DNA from: a virus
Length of the DNA stretch: 64,000 bases
Virus record (IMG/VR): IMGVR_UViG_3300032087_004567
Strand: one strand, 5' to 3'
Shown: piece by piece, positions 46,813 to 56,019 of the stretch
Layout of the letters: each line of letters begins with the position of its first letter
Numbering within the stretch: position 1 is the first letter of the stretch
The notes under the pieces: model-generated
Seen by the model: the letters and a program-made list of their open reading frames with translations, nothing else
What the model was told of the DNA's origin: nothing
Database searches by the model: none
Program-made: the position numbers and the translations under genes

Positions 46813-47495
46813 TGAAACTAGAAGGACGTACGCTTCAGATACTTAAAAATTATGCTACTATAAATCCTTCTTTGCAGTTTAAAGAAGGGGATAGTAATGG
46901 TAGTGTTTTAGTTACTGTATCTCCTAATAAGACTGTAATGGCTAAAGCTAAAGTTACAGAGTCTATTCCATCACCTTTTGCAATTTATGATCTATCTAGA
47001 TTTTTAGGTGTATTATCTTTATTTGATAAACCTAATATAAAGTTAGAAGATAAGTTTTTGGTTGTTAACTCTGGTAATAACTCAGGTAGAACAGTAAAGT
47101 ATACTTATGCCGATCCTAAACTTATAGTTGCACCTGGTGATAAAGAAATTAAACTACCTGATCCAGAAATTAAATTTCAACTTAGTAGTGATGTGTTACT
47201 AAGTGTATTAAGGGCTATGTCTGTTATGGGACTACCCGAACTATCTATTACTGGTGAAGATGGTAATATGTTTATTGAGGCGATAGATTCTAAGAATCCA
47301 TCTTCTGATAATTATAGAGTACCTGTTGGTAGTACTAATGATGTATTTAAAATGATATTTTTAGCTGAGAATATAAAAATTCTTCCTGAAGATTATGATA
47401 TAGAAATCTCTTCTAAAGGTATCGCTCACTTTAAAGGAAAGGATATTGAATATTGGATAGCTACTGAAAGTAGTTCAACTTATACAAAAGGTTAA
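46809..47495 (+). CDS. gp45: Sliding clamp gp45
   Basis: T..ILKN.A.IN.S, FAIYDL..FL, EN.K.LP.DY...ISSK, YWIA.E. Confidence 0.92.
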   Translation: MMKLEGRTLQILKNYATINPSLQFKEGDSNGSVLVTVSPNKTVMAKAKVTESIPSPFAIYDLSRFLGVLSLFDKPNIKLEDKFLVVNSGNNSGRTVKYTYADPKLIVAPGDKEIKLPDPEIKFQLSSDVLLSVLRAMSVMGLPELSITGEDGNMFIEAIDSKNPSSDNYRVPVGSTNDVFKMIFLAENIKILPEDYDIEISSKGIAHFKGKDIEYWIATESSSTYTKG

Positions 47496-47501
47496 TATAT
47501 T

Positions 47502-48443
47502 ATGCTAAATGATGAAATGCTCTGGGGGCAGAAATATCGCCCTAGAACAGTAAGTGATACGATTTTACCTAACGAATTGAAAGATACTTTTCAAGAGTTT
47601 GTAAATCAAAAGAATGTACCTAATTTACTTTTATCTGGTTCTCCAGGTACTGGTAAAACTACAGCTGCAAAAGCTATGTTAGAAGAAGTAGATTGTGATT
47701 ATATTGTTATTAACGGTAGTTTAAATGGTAATATTGATACGTTAAGAAATGATATAAAGTCATTTGCATCTGCTGTATCTTTATCTGGTGGTAGAAAATA
47801 TGTAATACTAGATGAAGCTGATTATCTAAATCCTAATTCAACTCAACCTGCTCTTCGTAACTTTATGGAAGAGTATTCTAAGAATTGTGGTTTTATTCTA
47901 ACGTGTAACTTTAAGAATAGAATTATAGAACCTCTACATTCAAGATGTGGTGTTGTTGAATTTAAAATACCTAAACAAGATAAACCTAAACTTGCTAAAA
48001 GTTTCTTTCAAAGAGTTAAAGAAATATTAGATCAAGAAAATATTGAGTATGATCAAAAGGTAGTTGCCTCTTTAGTACAGAAACATTTTCCAGACTTCAG
48101 AAGAACTATAAATGAACTGCAAAGATATTCTGCTACCGGTAAAATAGATTCAGGTATACTATCTAATCATAAAGAAGAATCGTTGAAGATGGTTATGGGT
48201 TTATTGAAAGAGAAAAACTTTACTGAGGTTAGAAAATGGGTAGGTGAAAATTCTGATGTTGATACTACTACATTTTTTAGAAGTTTATATGATACAGCAT
48301 CTGAATTTTTAAAGCCTGCATCTATACCTCAGTTAGTTTTACTATTAGCTGATTATCAATATAAGGCTGCATTTGTAGCTGATCCTGAAATTAATATTAT
48401 GGCCTGCTTAACTGAAATAATGGTTGAAGCAGAATTTAAATAG
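47502..48443 (+). CDS. gp44: Clamp loader large subunit gp44
   Basis: W..KYRP, G.PGTGKTT, LDEAD, QPALR.FME, SRC. Confidence 0.94.
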   Translation: MLNDEMLWGQKYRPRTVSDTILPNELKDTFQEFVNQKNVPNLLLSGSPGTGKTTAAKAMLEEVDCDYIVINGSLNGNIDTLRNDIKSFASAVSLSGGRKYVILDEADYLNPNSTQPALRNFMEEYSKNCGFILTCNFKNRIIEPLHSRCGVVEFKIPKQDKPKLAKSFFQRVKEILDQENIEYDQKVVASLVQKHFPDFRRTINELQRYSATGKIDSGILSNHKEESLKMVMGLLKEKNFTEVRKWVGENSDVDTTTFFRSLYDTASEFLKPASIPQLVLLLADYQYKAAFVADPEINIMACLTEIMVEAEFK

Positions 48444-49021
48444 TGGGTAAAGTAGGAGTATTAATTTCTGGTACTGGATCTAATCTTAAAGCTCTTGTGG
48501 ATGCTTTAGTCCCAATAGCTTGGGTTGGATCCAACAATCCAGATGCAAAAGGTTTGGATTTTGCTCATAAGAAGAACATCCATACCTTTGTGGAACCAAA
48601 GATTGCCGAACTTGAAAAGATCTTAGATCATTTTATGAAAGAGGTTGAGTTTTTGGTTCTTGCAGGTTTTATGAGAGTACTATCTCCTGAATTTGTGAAG
48701 AAGTATCCCAAAAGGATTATAAATATTCATCCAAGTTTGTTACCTGCATTCAAAGGTAAGGATGCTATTCGTAGAGCATATGATTATGGTTGTAAAGTTA
48801 TGGGTGTTACTATCCATTATGTTAATGAGAAAGTAGATGAAGGTGAGATCATTGCACAAGAACCTCTTTGGATTGTGAATACAATTTTAAATCATAATGC
48901 ACAACATACTAATCAAGTACGATATACTTACAAAGAAGTCGAACAACAAGTTCATAAGCTAGAACATAGTATGTATCACAAAGTCGTTCGAGATATGTTA
49001 GGTATTGGTGGTTGGGGATAA
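48443..49021 (+). CDS. purN: Phosphoribosylglycinamide formyltransferase (canonical PurN-like)
   Basis: VLISGTGSNL.AL, LAGFMRVL, INIHPSLLP.F.G, GVTIHYV...VD.G.II.Q, EH. Confidence 0.88.
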   Translation: MGKVGVLISGTGSNLKALVDALVPIAWVGSNNPDAKGLDFAHKKNIHTFVEPKIAELEKILDHFMKEVEFLVLAGFMRVLSPEFVKKYPKRIINIHPSLLPAFKGKDAIRRAYDYGCKVMGVTIHYVNEKVDEGEIIAQEPLWIVNTILNHNAQHTNQVRYTYKEVEQQVHKLEHSMYHKVVRDMLGIGGWG

Positions 49022-49024
49022 GAT

Positions 49025-49174
49025 ATGTTTAGAGTTTATTTTTTTGAAACGGATTGTTTTCATGATGTTACTTTTAAGACACTAGAAGATGCAAGAGAGT
49101 GTGCAAAGAAAACAGGATATCATGCAAACATTTTTGAAGGTGATAATTATATTGAAACAATTAAGGGAAAATGA
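49025..49174 (+). CDS. 49-aa hypothetical protein (not in the ORF track)
   Basis: MFRVYFFE...FKTLEDARECAK...; fills the gap, with an ATGA overlap into the next ORF. Confidence 0.5.
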   Translation: MFRVYFFETDCFHDVTFKTLEDARECAKKTGYHANIFEGDNYIETIKGK

Positions 49175-49368
49175 TTATGAAAATTATAAGTGAATATTTT
49201 TTTGAAGATAATGAAAACAAACAAGCAGTAATAGTTGAAGAAGAAAAAGGATACTTCGTCCATATAAAAGAAAATACTAAGACTATTAAAATTATAGATG
49301 TATCAGATCATTCATTACGATATGCTGAAGATACAGCTGAAAACTATTGCCTAGGTATTGCTAAATGA
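49171..49368 (+). CDS. Hypothetical protein
   Basis: HSL.YAED.AENY C-term; coupled to gp62. Confidence 0.6.
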   Translation: MIMKIISEYFFEDNENKQAVIVEEEKGYFVHIKENTKTIKIIDVSDHSLRYAEDTAENYCLGIAK

Positions 49369-49748
49369 AACCTTTTGATTTTGTTAATAGTATCAATATC
49401 ACAAAGAAAAACTTAATGAAAGGTAGTTACAATGATGAACTATCAGAGAAGGCGTATATACCCTTTTTAACTAATAGATCTCTATCATATTTCACAGATA
49501 CTCTATTATATGCTAATGAAATGAATAGATATCCTACATTAGACAATAAGCTTCAATATGAGTATCTCCTAAATAGTATTAGAACTAAGAAAAGATTTAG
49601 TAAATGGTTTAAAAAAGGAGATGCTAAACAATTAGAATTAATTGCAAAGTATTTAAAAGTCAGTCTACGAGAAGCTAAAGAGTACCAGAAAGTACTTACC
49701 GATAATCAAAAAGAACAAATAGAAAAGCAATTCGAAGACTTAGAATAA
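49365..49748 (+). CDS. gp62: Clamp loader small subunit gp62
   Basis: PFDF.NSIN, Y.PF..NR.LS...DT...ANEMN, RFSKW.K. Confidence 0.9.
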   Translation: MKPFDFVNSINITKKNLMKGSYNDELSEKAYIPFLTNRSLSYFTDTLLYANEMNRYPTLDNKLQYEYLLNSIRTKKRFSKWFKKGDAKQLELIAKYLKVSLREAKEYQKVLTDNQKEQIEKQFEDLE

Positions 49749-49766
49749 GAATAAGAGAAAGTAATT

Positions 49767-50165
49767 ATGGAACTGTTAGATAGTTTAGTTGAAGTGAAGC
49801 TCGTTAAGGAAGACGATTTTCTCAAAGTTAGAGAAACCCTTACACGTATAGGCGTCGCTTCAAGAAAAGATAAAATTTTATATCAGTCCTGTCACATACT
49901 TCATAAACAGGGAAGATATTACATTGTACATTTTAAAGAATTATTTGCGCTAGATGGCAAGCCAACTAACTTTACCGATGATGATAAAGGTAGAAGAAAT
50001 GCTATTGCTAACTTAATAGCTGAATGGGGTCTAGTACAACTCATTAATCCATCAAAGTCAAAAGATCCAATTGCACCTTTATCACAGATTAAAATTCTTC
50101 CGCATAAAGATAAAGATGGTTGGGAACTAGTTGCAAAGTATAATATAGGCAAAAAAAGTAGTTGA
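49767..50165 (+). CDS. regA: Translational repressor RegA
   Basis: DDFLKVRETLTRIGVAS, QSCHILHKQG.YYIVHFKELF.LDG. Confidence 0.95.
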   Translation: MELLDSLVEVKLVKEDDFLKVRETLTRIGVASRKDKILYQSCHILHKQGRYYIVHFKELFALDGKPTNFTDDDKGRRNAIANLIAEWGLVQLINPSKSKDPIAPLSQIKILPHKDKDGWELVAKYNIGKKSS

Positions 50166-50190
50166 TTTAATTTATTGTCTATATTATAAT
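50162..50190 (+). promoter_or_regulatory. Sigma70-like early/middle promoter
   Basis: TTGATT-N17-TATAAT. Confidence 0.7.
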
Positions 50191-50217
50191 TATAGTATAT
50201 AACTTGTGAGGTGTATT

Positions 50218-50622
50218 ATGGCAATGATTTATACTAATACTAGTAGTAGACGTACTAGACGTAAACAACATTTGAAGAATAAAGCAGCTTATGAAGAGCA
50301 GCAAAGAAGCTATGGTAATGATCCTAGAAAAAAATATAAACCTAGTGAAAAAATATCTGGCTTTAGTGTTGTAGGCAATATAAATAAGCGTGTAGGTTAT
50401 GACGATCATGATAAGATTCCTTCTCTGAATCCTAAACAAGTGTCGAGCATGTATAAGACTAAAGTAAAATATACAGGTGAGATGGCTGAAAGAGAGAAGA
50501 AAGCTCAGGAAGAAATAGCTTACAAAAAAACGTGCGTTGCTTCATTACATAAATCGAACTTTATTTATGTGACGCCAGGGATTAATCCTTCCGGTCTCGG
50601 ACGGAAGAATGAAACTCTTTAA
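50218..50622 (+). CDS. Basic hypothetical protein
   Basis: RBS gagg; follows promoter; YTG...LHKSN motif. Confidence 0.6.
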   Translation: MAMIYTNTSSRRTRRKQHLKNKAAYEEQQRSYGNDPRKKYKPSEKISGFSVVGNINKRVGYDDHDKIPSLNPKQVSSMYKTKVKYTGEMAEREKKAQEEIAYKKTCVASLHKSNFIYVTPGINPSGLGRKNETL

Positions 50623-50695
50623 TGAAGAAATTGTAAAACTGTAAATGCCCATTTTGGGGTTTACTTATTTTAAACTTGCTTAAAAGGAGAAAACT

Positions 50696-51205
50696 ATGAC
50701 GTTCGACGACGTATTTCATTTTGGTTCTAAAGACTTAGATAAATTCTTTATAGGTTCTAATAACCCGTTTACAAGAGTAAACAAAATATATGATGAGGTG
50801 CAAAGATCATCTTATCCTCCATATAATATTAAGAGACTTGGCGATGACAAGTTCTCAATTGAATTAGCTGTTGCAGGGTTTACCCAATCAGATATTGATA
50901 TTGAGGTAGTACCTGAAGAAAACAAATTAGTAGTAAGTGGTAAGAGCGATGATAACAGTTCTGATTACTTACATAGAGGTATAGCTAATAGGGCGTTCAC
51001 AAGATCATTTGCATTAGATGAACATGTTGAAGTAAGATCTGCAGATCTATCTAACGGTATGTTGATAATTAACTTAGAGAGAATAGTTCCAGAGCATAAA
51101 AAACCTAGAAAGATTAAGGTCAACGATGCCATAGAGCACTCCTCCAAGCAGCTACTTACGGAGGATAAAAATGCAGAAATCAAAACTAAAGAGAAGGTTG
51201 CGTAA
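50696..51205 (+). CDS. hsp20: Small heat shock protein (Hsp20/IbpA-like)
   Basis: YPPYNI, IELAVAGF, YLHRGIA.R.F.R.F.L, A.L.NG.L.I.L.R.VPE..KPRKI. Confidence 0.93.
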   Translation: MTFDDVFHFGSKDLDKFFIGSNNPFTRVNKIYDEVQRSSYPPYNIKRLGDDKFSIELAVAGFTQSDIDIEVVPEENKLVVSGKSDDNSSDYLHRGIANRAFTRSFALDEHVEVRSADLSNGMLIINLERIVPEHKKPRKIKVNDAIEHSSKQLLTEDKNAEIKTKEKVA

Positions 51206-51395
51206 AGTAAACATCTTTCTAAGAAAGTTTATGAGAGCTTTATACAATTCAATTAAACACGCAAGACTTGCCCAGGCAAGAGTACATATGCATAGATTTG
51301 ATCAAGACTATGCACAATGGTACTTAAGTCAATCAAAAGATAATTTTGATTTTGAAAAGCGTGAAAGAGAATTAATGTACAAACGCCTTTTATAA
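51171..51395 (+). CDS. Hypothetical protein
   Basis: YLSQSKD..DFE.RE.EL C-term; ends just before a terminator. Start uncertain. Confidence 0.5.
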   Translation: MQKSKLKRRLRKVNIFLRKFMRALYNSIKHARLAQARVHMHRFDQDYAQWYLSQSKDNFDFEKRERELMYKRLL

Positions 51396-51416
51396 CTTTC
51401 ATATCACCTAAATAAA

Positions 51417-51446
51417 AGAGAGGTCCCTAAAAAGACCTCTTTTTTT
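51417..51446 (+). terminator. Intrinsic terminator
   Basis: AGAGGTC-CCTAAAAA-GACCTCT followed by a T-run. Confidence 0.75.
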
Positions 51447-51605
51447 CAATTAACTCAGCATTAATGAAAACGTCTTAATTATCCAAGACACTATATTATT
51501 GTAATGCTTTATAGCGCTATTTCGCTTAGTTATAAGAGGGGATAATAAAAACAATATAGTATACTAAAGTCTGATAAGATTAGCGCATAAGAAAGGAGAG
51601 TCCTT

Positions 51606-51779
51606 ATGAATACTCACGTTTATTCGCTAGATTATTATTTTACTAAGTTAAAGAAGTTAGAAAATATTGTACATGATTTACAGACCGAGATAGAGGTGAC
51701 GAGAAGCAAACTAAAATCTCAGACTGATAGTACAAAATTTGATAAACCGAGAGTACGAATAGGTCCAGATGATGTATAA
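51606..51779 (+). CDS. 57-aa hypothetical protein (not in the ORF track)
   Basis: MNTHVYSLDYYF...; strong RBS aaggag. Confidence 0.55.
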   Translation: MNTHVYSLDYYFTKLKKLENIVHDLQTEIEVTRSKLKSQTDSTKFDKPRVRIGPDDV

Positions 51780-51795
51780 CTTAATGGAGATATAG

Positions 51796-52137
51796 ATGGT
51801 GCAAAAGAAGTTGCAAAAAGGTTCAGAGTATGCAAAGTATGATTTGGATGGAGATGGTATTGTGAGTGATGAGGAATTAGATATGGATGAAAAGATGTTA
51901 AGACTTCAAGATTTAAAGTCTGATATCGAAAATGAAGATAAGAAACAAGATTCGCAGCGACAAATGGCATGGATGGCTTTAATAGGAATGTTATTCTATC
52001 CTCTTGTCACTATTGCTGCTGATTATTTTGGTTTAAAAGCTGACATATTAGCTTCAATGGCTGATTTGTATTTTATTGCTAGTGCTGGTATTGTTGCAGC
52101 ATTCTACGGAAAAGAAGCATATCTCGGTAGAAAATAA
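51796..52137 (+). CDS. Small two-TM membrane protein with EF-hand-like loop (holin-like candidate)
   Basis: DLDGDGIVSDEE followed by two hydrophobic segments. Confidence 0.6.
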   Translation: MVQKKLQKGSEYAKYDLDGDGIVSDEELDMDEKMLRLQDLKSDIENEDKKQDSQRQMAWMALIGMLFYPLVTIAADYFGLKADILASMADLYFIASAGIVAAFYGKEAYLGRK

Positions 52138-52143
52138 TACCTG

Positions 52144-52172
52144 TTGATTTTATTATGTTCGTATGATATAAT
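52144..52172 (+). promoter_or_regulatory. Sigma70-like promoter (gp43)
   Basis: TTGATT-N17-TATAAT, 6 nt before the ATG (probably a near-leaderless mRNA). Confidence 0.7.
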
Positions 52173-52178
52173 TGTGAT

Positions 52179-54728
52179 ATGAGTAAATTTTATACAAGTG
52201 TCTTTATGAATCGCGGTGATGTATTGCTACGTGGTTATGAGAACGGTAAGCGAGTACAACATGCAATACATTACAAACCATATCTTTTTGTTGGTTCAAG
52301 GATAAAAGATACTGATTATCGAACTATCAAAGGTAAGCCTGTTGATAAAATAGAGTTTGGTAGTGTATATGAAGCACGCGAGTTTTTAAGAAAGTATAAA
52401 GGTGTAGATGGAATGGACATCTACGGTCTGACTAATTTTATCTACACCTTTATTCATGATCATTATCCGGGCACAATCGACTACGACCCTAAACTAATCT
52501 CCGTTGTCTCGATCGATATTGAGACGTCCGCCGAAGGAGGTTTTCCAGATATTCAATCTGCTGATAAAGAAATAACTGCCATTACTATTAGTAAAAAAGG
52601 CAAAATGGTTGTGCTTGGATATAATGATTTCGAAATACCCCAAGGTGAAGAAGATAACATTACCTATTTGAAATGTGAATCTGAATCAGATCTACTTAAT
52701 AAGTTTATAAAGGTATGGAGATCCACACAATTTATTCCTGATGTTGTTACTGGTTGGAACTGTGAGTTCTTTGATATGCCCTACATTATAAATCGTATTA
52801 GTAGAATTATTGGACCTGAAAGTGCAAAAAGACTATCGCCTTGGGGTATAATATCGTATCGTGAAGTAGAGATAGCAGGTAGACAATATAGTATTCCTGA
52901 GATAGTAGGTATTACTATCTTAGATTATATGCAGTTGTATAAGAAGTTCTCTTTTACAATGCAAGAAAGTTACAAATTAGATTACATTGCCCAGGTCGTC
53001 CTTGGTGAGCGTAAACTTGATTATGATGCTCTTGGTTATGCTAACTTAGATGAGTTCTATAAAGGAAATTATCAAAAGTACATTGAATATAATATTCAGG
53101 ACGTGCGACTGGTAGATAGATTAGAAGATAAACTTAAATTCATAGAACAGGTGTTCGCCCTTGCCTATGATGGAAAGACTAATTATCTAGATACGTTTAC
53201 CTCAGTACGATCTTGGGACATGTATATCCATAATGAGTTACTATCTAAGAAGATAGTTATACCTCAGTTTGATCCATCAGAAAGAGCTAAAGATAATCCT
53301 ATTGAAGGTGCCTATGTTAAAGAACCTAAAGTAGGTATGCATAAATGGGTTGTATCTTTTGACTTAAATAGTCTATACCCTCATTTGATCATGCAATATA
53401 ATATCTCACCTGAAACCTTTGTAGATACTATATCTTCTCTGAGTGTGAAAGATGGAGTGGATAAGATACTTAATGGTGCATTGAATGATCCTGCAATAAG
53501 AAATGAAATGGAATCACAAAATGTAACTGTTGCTGCAACCGGTTGTATGTTTGATAAAGACTATCAAGGCTTTTTACCTCAGATGATGCAACGACTATAT
53601 GATGATAGGGTAAAGTTTAAGAATCAGATGATCGAGGCTAAGAAGAAGTATGAGAAAGAAAAAACATATGAACTAGAAAAGGAGATAGCACGTTGTCATA
53701 ATATGCAGCTTGCTAAAAAGATTCAGCTTAACTCGGTTTATGGTGCATTAGGTAACAAGTACTTTAGATGGTATGATCCTAGATATGCTGAATCGATTAC
53801 TAAGTCCGGTCAGTTATCTATTCGTTGGATGGAGAATAAAATAAATGGTTATCTGAATAAAGTACTTAAGACTGATAATGAAGATTATGTAATAGCTGTT
53901 GATACTGATTCGATGTATATAAACTTAGATGAGTTTGTACAAAAGACTTGTGAAGGTAAAACTACAGAGGATATAGTTAAGTACTTAGATAAAGTTTGTA
54001 ATGATGTCTTTGAACCTTTCATTGATAGATGCTATGAAGAGTTAGGTAAGTATGTTAATGCCTATGATCAGAAGATGAAGATGAAAAGAGAGGCAATAGC
54101 TGATAAAGGTATATGGACTGCTAAAAAGAGATATATTCTTAATGTAAGAAATAACGAGGGTGTTCAATATAAAGAACCTCAGTTAAAGATTATGGGTATT
54201 GAGGCAGTTAGATCTTCTACTCCTGCTATAATTAGACAAACGATTAAAGATGCATTGAAACTAATTATGACTAAGACTGAAGATGATGTAATTGATTTTA
54301 TTGCACAGCAACGAGAAGACTTTCGTGGTAGACCTTTTGAAGATGTAGCCTTTCCAAGAGGTTGTAAAGAGATAGAAAAATGGATGGATAATAGTACCAG
54401 TATAAAAGTATATAAGTCTGGTTGTCCTATTCATGTGAAAGGTGCTATACTATATAATCTTTTATTAGAACAAAAGAAGCTAACTAATAAATATGAGAAG
54501 ATAAACAGGGGTGAGAAAATAAAGTTTAGTTATCTTAAGATGCCTAACTTTATTGGAGAACATGTAATTAGTTCACCTGATAAATTACCTGAAGAGTTTG
54601 AATTGAATGAGTTTATAGATTATGATATGCAATTTCAAAAGTCCTTCCTTGACCCTTTAAAAACTATTCTTGATGTCATAGGTTGGGAAACAGAACGACG
54701 TAATACATTGGAGAATTTTTTCGCATGA
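52179..54728 (+). CDS. gp43: Family B DNA polymerase gp43
   Basis: DIET, GWN..FFD, SFDLNSLYP, K...NS.YG, DTDS, KKRY, GIEAVRSSTP. Confidence 0.97.
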   Translation: MSKFYTSVFMNRGDVLLRGYENGKRVQHAIHYKPYLFVGSRIKDTDYRTIKGKPVDKIEFGSVYEAREFLRKYKGVDGMDIYGLTNFIYTFIHDHYPGTIDYDPKLISVVSIDIETSAEGGFPDIQSADKEITAITISKKGKMVVLGYNDFEIPQGEEDNITYLKCESESDLLNKFIKVWRSTQFIPDVVTGWNCEFFDMPYIINRISRIIGPESAKRLSPWGIISYREVEIAGRQYSIPEIVGITILDYMQLYKKFSFTMQESYKLDYIAQVVLGERKLDYDALGYANLDEFYKGNYQKYIEYNIQDVRLVDRLEDKLKFIEQVFALAYDGKTNYLDTFTSVRSWDMYIHNELLSKKIVIPQFDPSERAKDNPIEGAYVKEPKVGMHKWVVSFDLNSLYPHLIMQYNISPETFVDTISSLSVKDGVDKILNGALNDPAIRNEMESQNVTVAATGCMFDKDYQGFLPQMMQRLYDDRVKFKNQMIEAKKKYEKEKTYELEKEIARCHNMQLAKKIQLNSVYGALGNKYFRWYDPRYAESITKSGQLSIRWMENKINGYLNKVLKTDNEDYVIAVDTDSMYINLDEFVQKTCEGKTTEDIVKYLDKVCNDVFEPFIDRCYEELGKYVNAYDQKMKMKREAIADKGIWTAKKRYILNVRNNEGVQYKEPQLKIMGIEAVRSSTPAIIRQTIKDALKLIMTKTEDDVIDFIAQQREDFRGRPFEDVAFPRGCKEIEKWMDNSTSIKVYKSGCPIHVKGAILYNLLLEQKKLTNKYEKINRGEKIKFSYLKMPNFIGEHVISSPDKLPEEFELNEFIDYDMQFQKSFLDPLKTILDVIGWETERRNTLENFFA

Positions 54729-55018
54729 GTACAAAGTTTGAAGTAGACGATTTTGATAATGATTTTGGTTTTTCAGCTGTTAGTGAAGATGAGTTAAAGT
54801 CATTAGAAAGACAACAAGCAGATGAGTTGCAACAAAAGGATAAGAAGTTAGAAGAAATTGAAACTACTTATAAAGGTAAATTAGAACAATTATATAAAAC
54901 TATTATTCCTTTGTTAAAAAATCTTGCTAAAGATGACGATAAAGATTATATCTATTGGCCTAATAGAAAGGCTAGAATGGAAAAGTTTATTCATAAAATA
55001 GATAGAATAGTAGGTTAA
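54725..55018 (+). CDS. Conserved hypothetical protein
   Basis: DFGFSAV, PLL.NL...KDYI.WPNR. Confidence 0.65.
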   Translation: MSTKFEVDDFDNDFGFSAVSEDELKSLERQQADELQQKDKKLEEIETTYKGKLEQLYKTIIPLLKNLAKDDDKDYIYWPNRKARMEKFIHKIDRIVG

Positions 55019-55965
55019 TGTTAAATTACATTCTACTACTTACTGCATTGCTATTGTCTGGTGTTGCAGCTTATTATTCTATAGTAGGATTAACTGCTAT
55101 ATTTGCTGCTGCCTTTTGGCCTATAGTCATTATGGGTAGTACGTTAGAGTTAGGTAAGGTTGTAGGTACTTCATGGGTGTATAGAAACTGGCATGAGGCT
55201 CCTGCATTAATAAAATATTATCTTGCATCTGCAATTGTTATACTTTCAATAATTACATCACTTGGTATATTTGGATTTCTATCTAAAGCACATTTAGATC
55301 AAGCATTACCTGTGGGTGATATAGATGATCAAGTACAGCTTTATGATCAACAAATACAAAATGAAAGAGATAATATAACACAGTTAAAAACCTTATTACA
55401 ACAGATGGATGATGTTGTAAAGAGTAAACTAAACCAAGAAGGTAGAACGTTAAAGAGAAAAGGTTTAGAAAATGAAGAGGGTGAAACTGAATACTATCTT
55501 GAGAAAGAAGATGTAACTGAACGTGCACTTAGAATTAGAAGAAGTCAGGCAAAAGATAGAGCTAAAATTATAGATGAGATAAAAGTAAGTCAAAATAAAA
55601 TTATAGAATTAACAAAAGAGAAAGCACCTATTGAAAAAGAATATAGAAACTTAGAGGCAGAAGTAGGACCTATTAAGTATGTTGCTGAGTTAATCTATGG
55701 TGATTCTGATAGAGAATTATTAGAACAAGCAGTAAGAGCTGTTATTATTCTAATTGTATTTGTATTTGATCCTTTAGCGCTAATGCTTATTATAGCTGCT
55801 AACTTTGGTATAAAATATTCTAAACCTGTAGAGGAAAAAAGAGGTAGAGGTAGACCAAAAGGTTCTACTAATAAACCTAAATGGGTTGAAAGAGTAGTAG
55901 TACACAAAGAAAAGAGAGATCCAAATAAAGTAGAGATAGATAAAGACTCAATTGTTAAAATGTAG
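55018..55965 (+). CDS. Membrane protein with coiled coil and C-terminal AT-hook
   Basis: Three N-terminal TM helices, GIFGFLS.AH, EVGPIKY, IVFVFDPLA TM, then KRGRGRPKGS. Confidence 0.7.
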   Translation: MLNYILLLTALLLSGVAAYYSIVGLTAIFAAAFWPIVIMGSTLELGKVVGTSWVYRNWHEAPALIKYYLASAIVILSIITSLGIFGFLSKAHLDQALPVGDIDDQVQLYDQQIQNERDNITQLKTLLQQMDDVVKSKLNQEGRTLKRKGLENEEGETEYYLEKEDVTERALRIRRSQAKDRAKIIDEIKVSQNKIIELTKEKAPIEKEYRNLEAEVGPIKYVAELIYGDSDRELLEQAVRAVIILIVFVFDPLALMLIIAANFGIKYSKPVEEKRGRGRPKGSTNKPKWVERVVVHKEKRDPNKVEIDKDSIVKM

Positions 55966-55970
55966 TCAAG

Positions 55971-55999
55971 TTGAACTAATAATGTTTATTGTATATAAT
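55971..55999 (+). promoter_or_regulatory. Sigma70-like promoter (uvsX)
   Basis: TTGAAC-N17-TATAAT. Confidence 0.65.
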
Positions 56000-56019
56000 T
56001 AAATTTTTATAGGTGAATT

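Noticed and set aside
51560-51600. Hammerhead ribozyme (CTGATAAG...GAAA)
   Set aside because: The core deviates from CUGANGA, and the required three stems could not be built.
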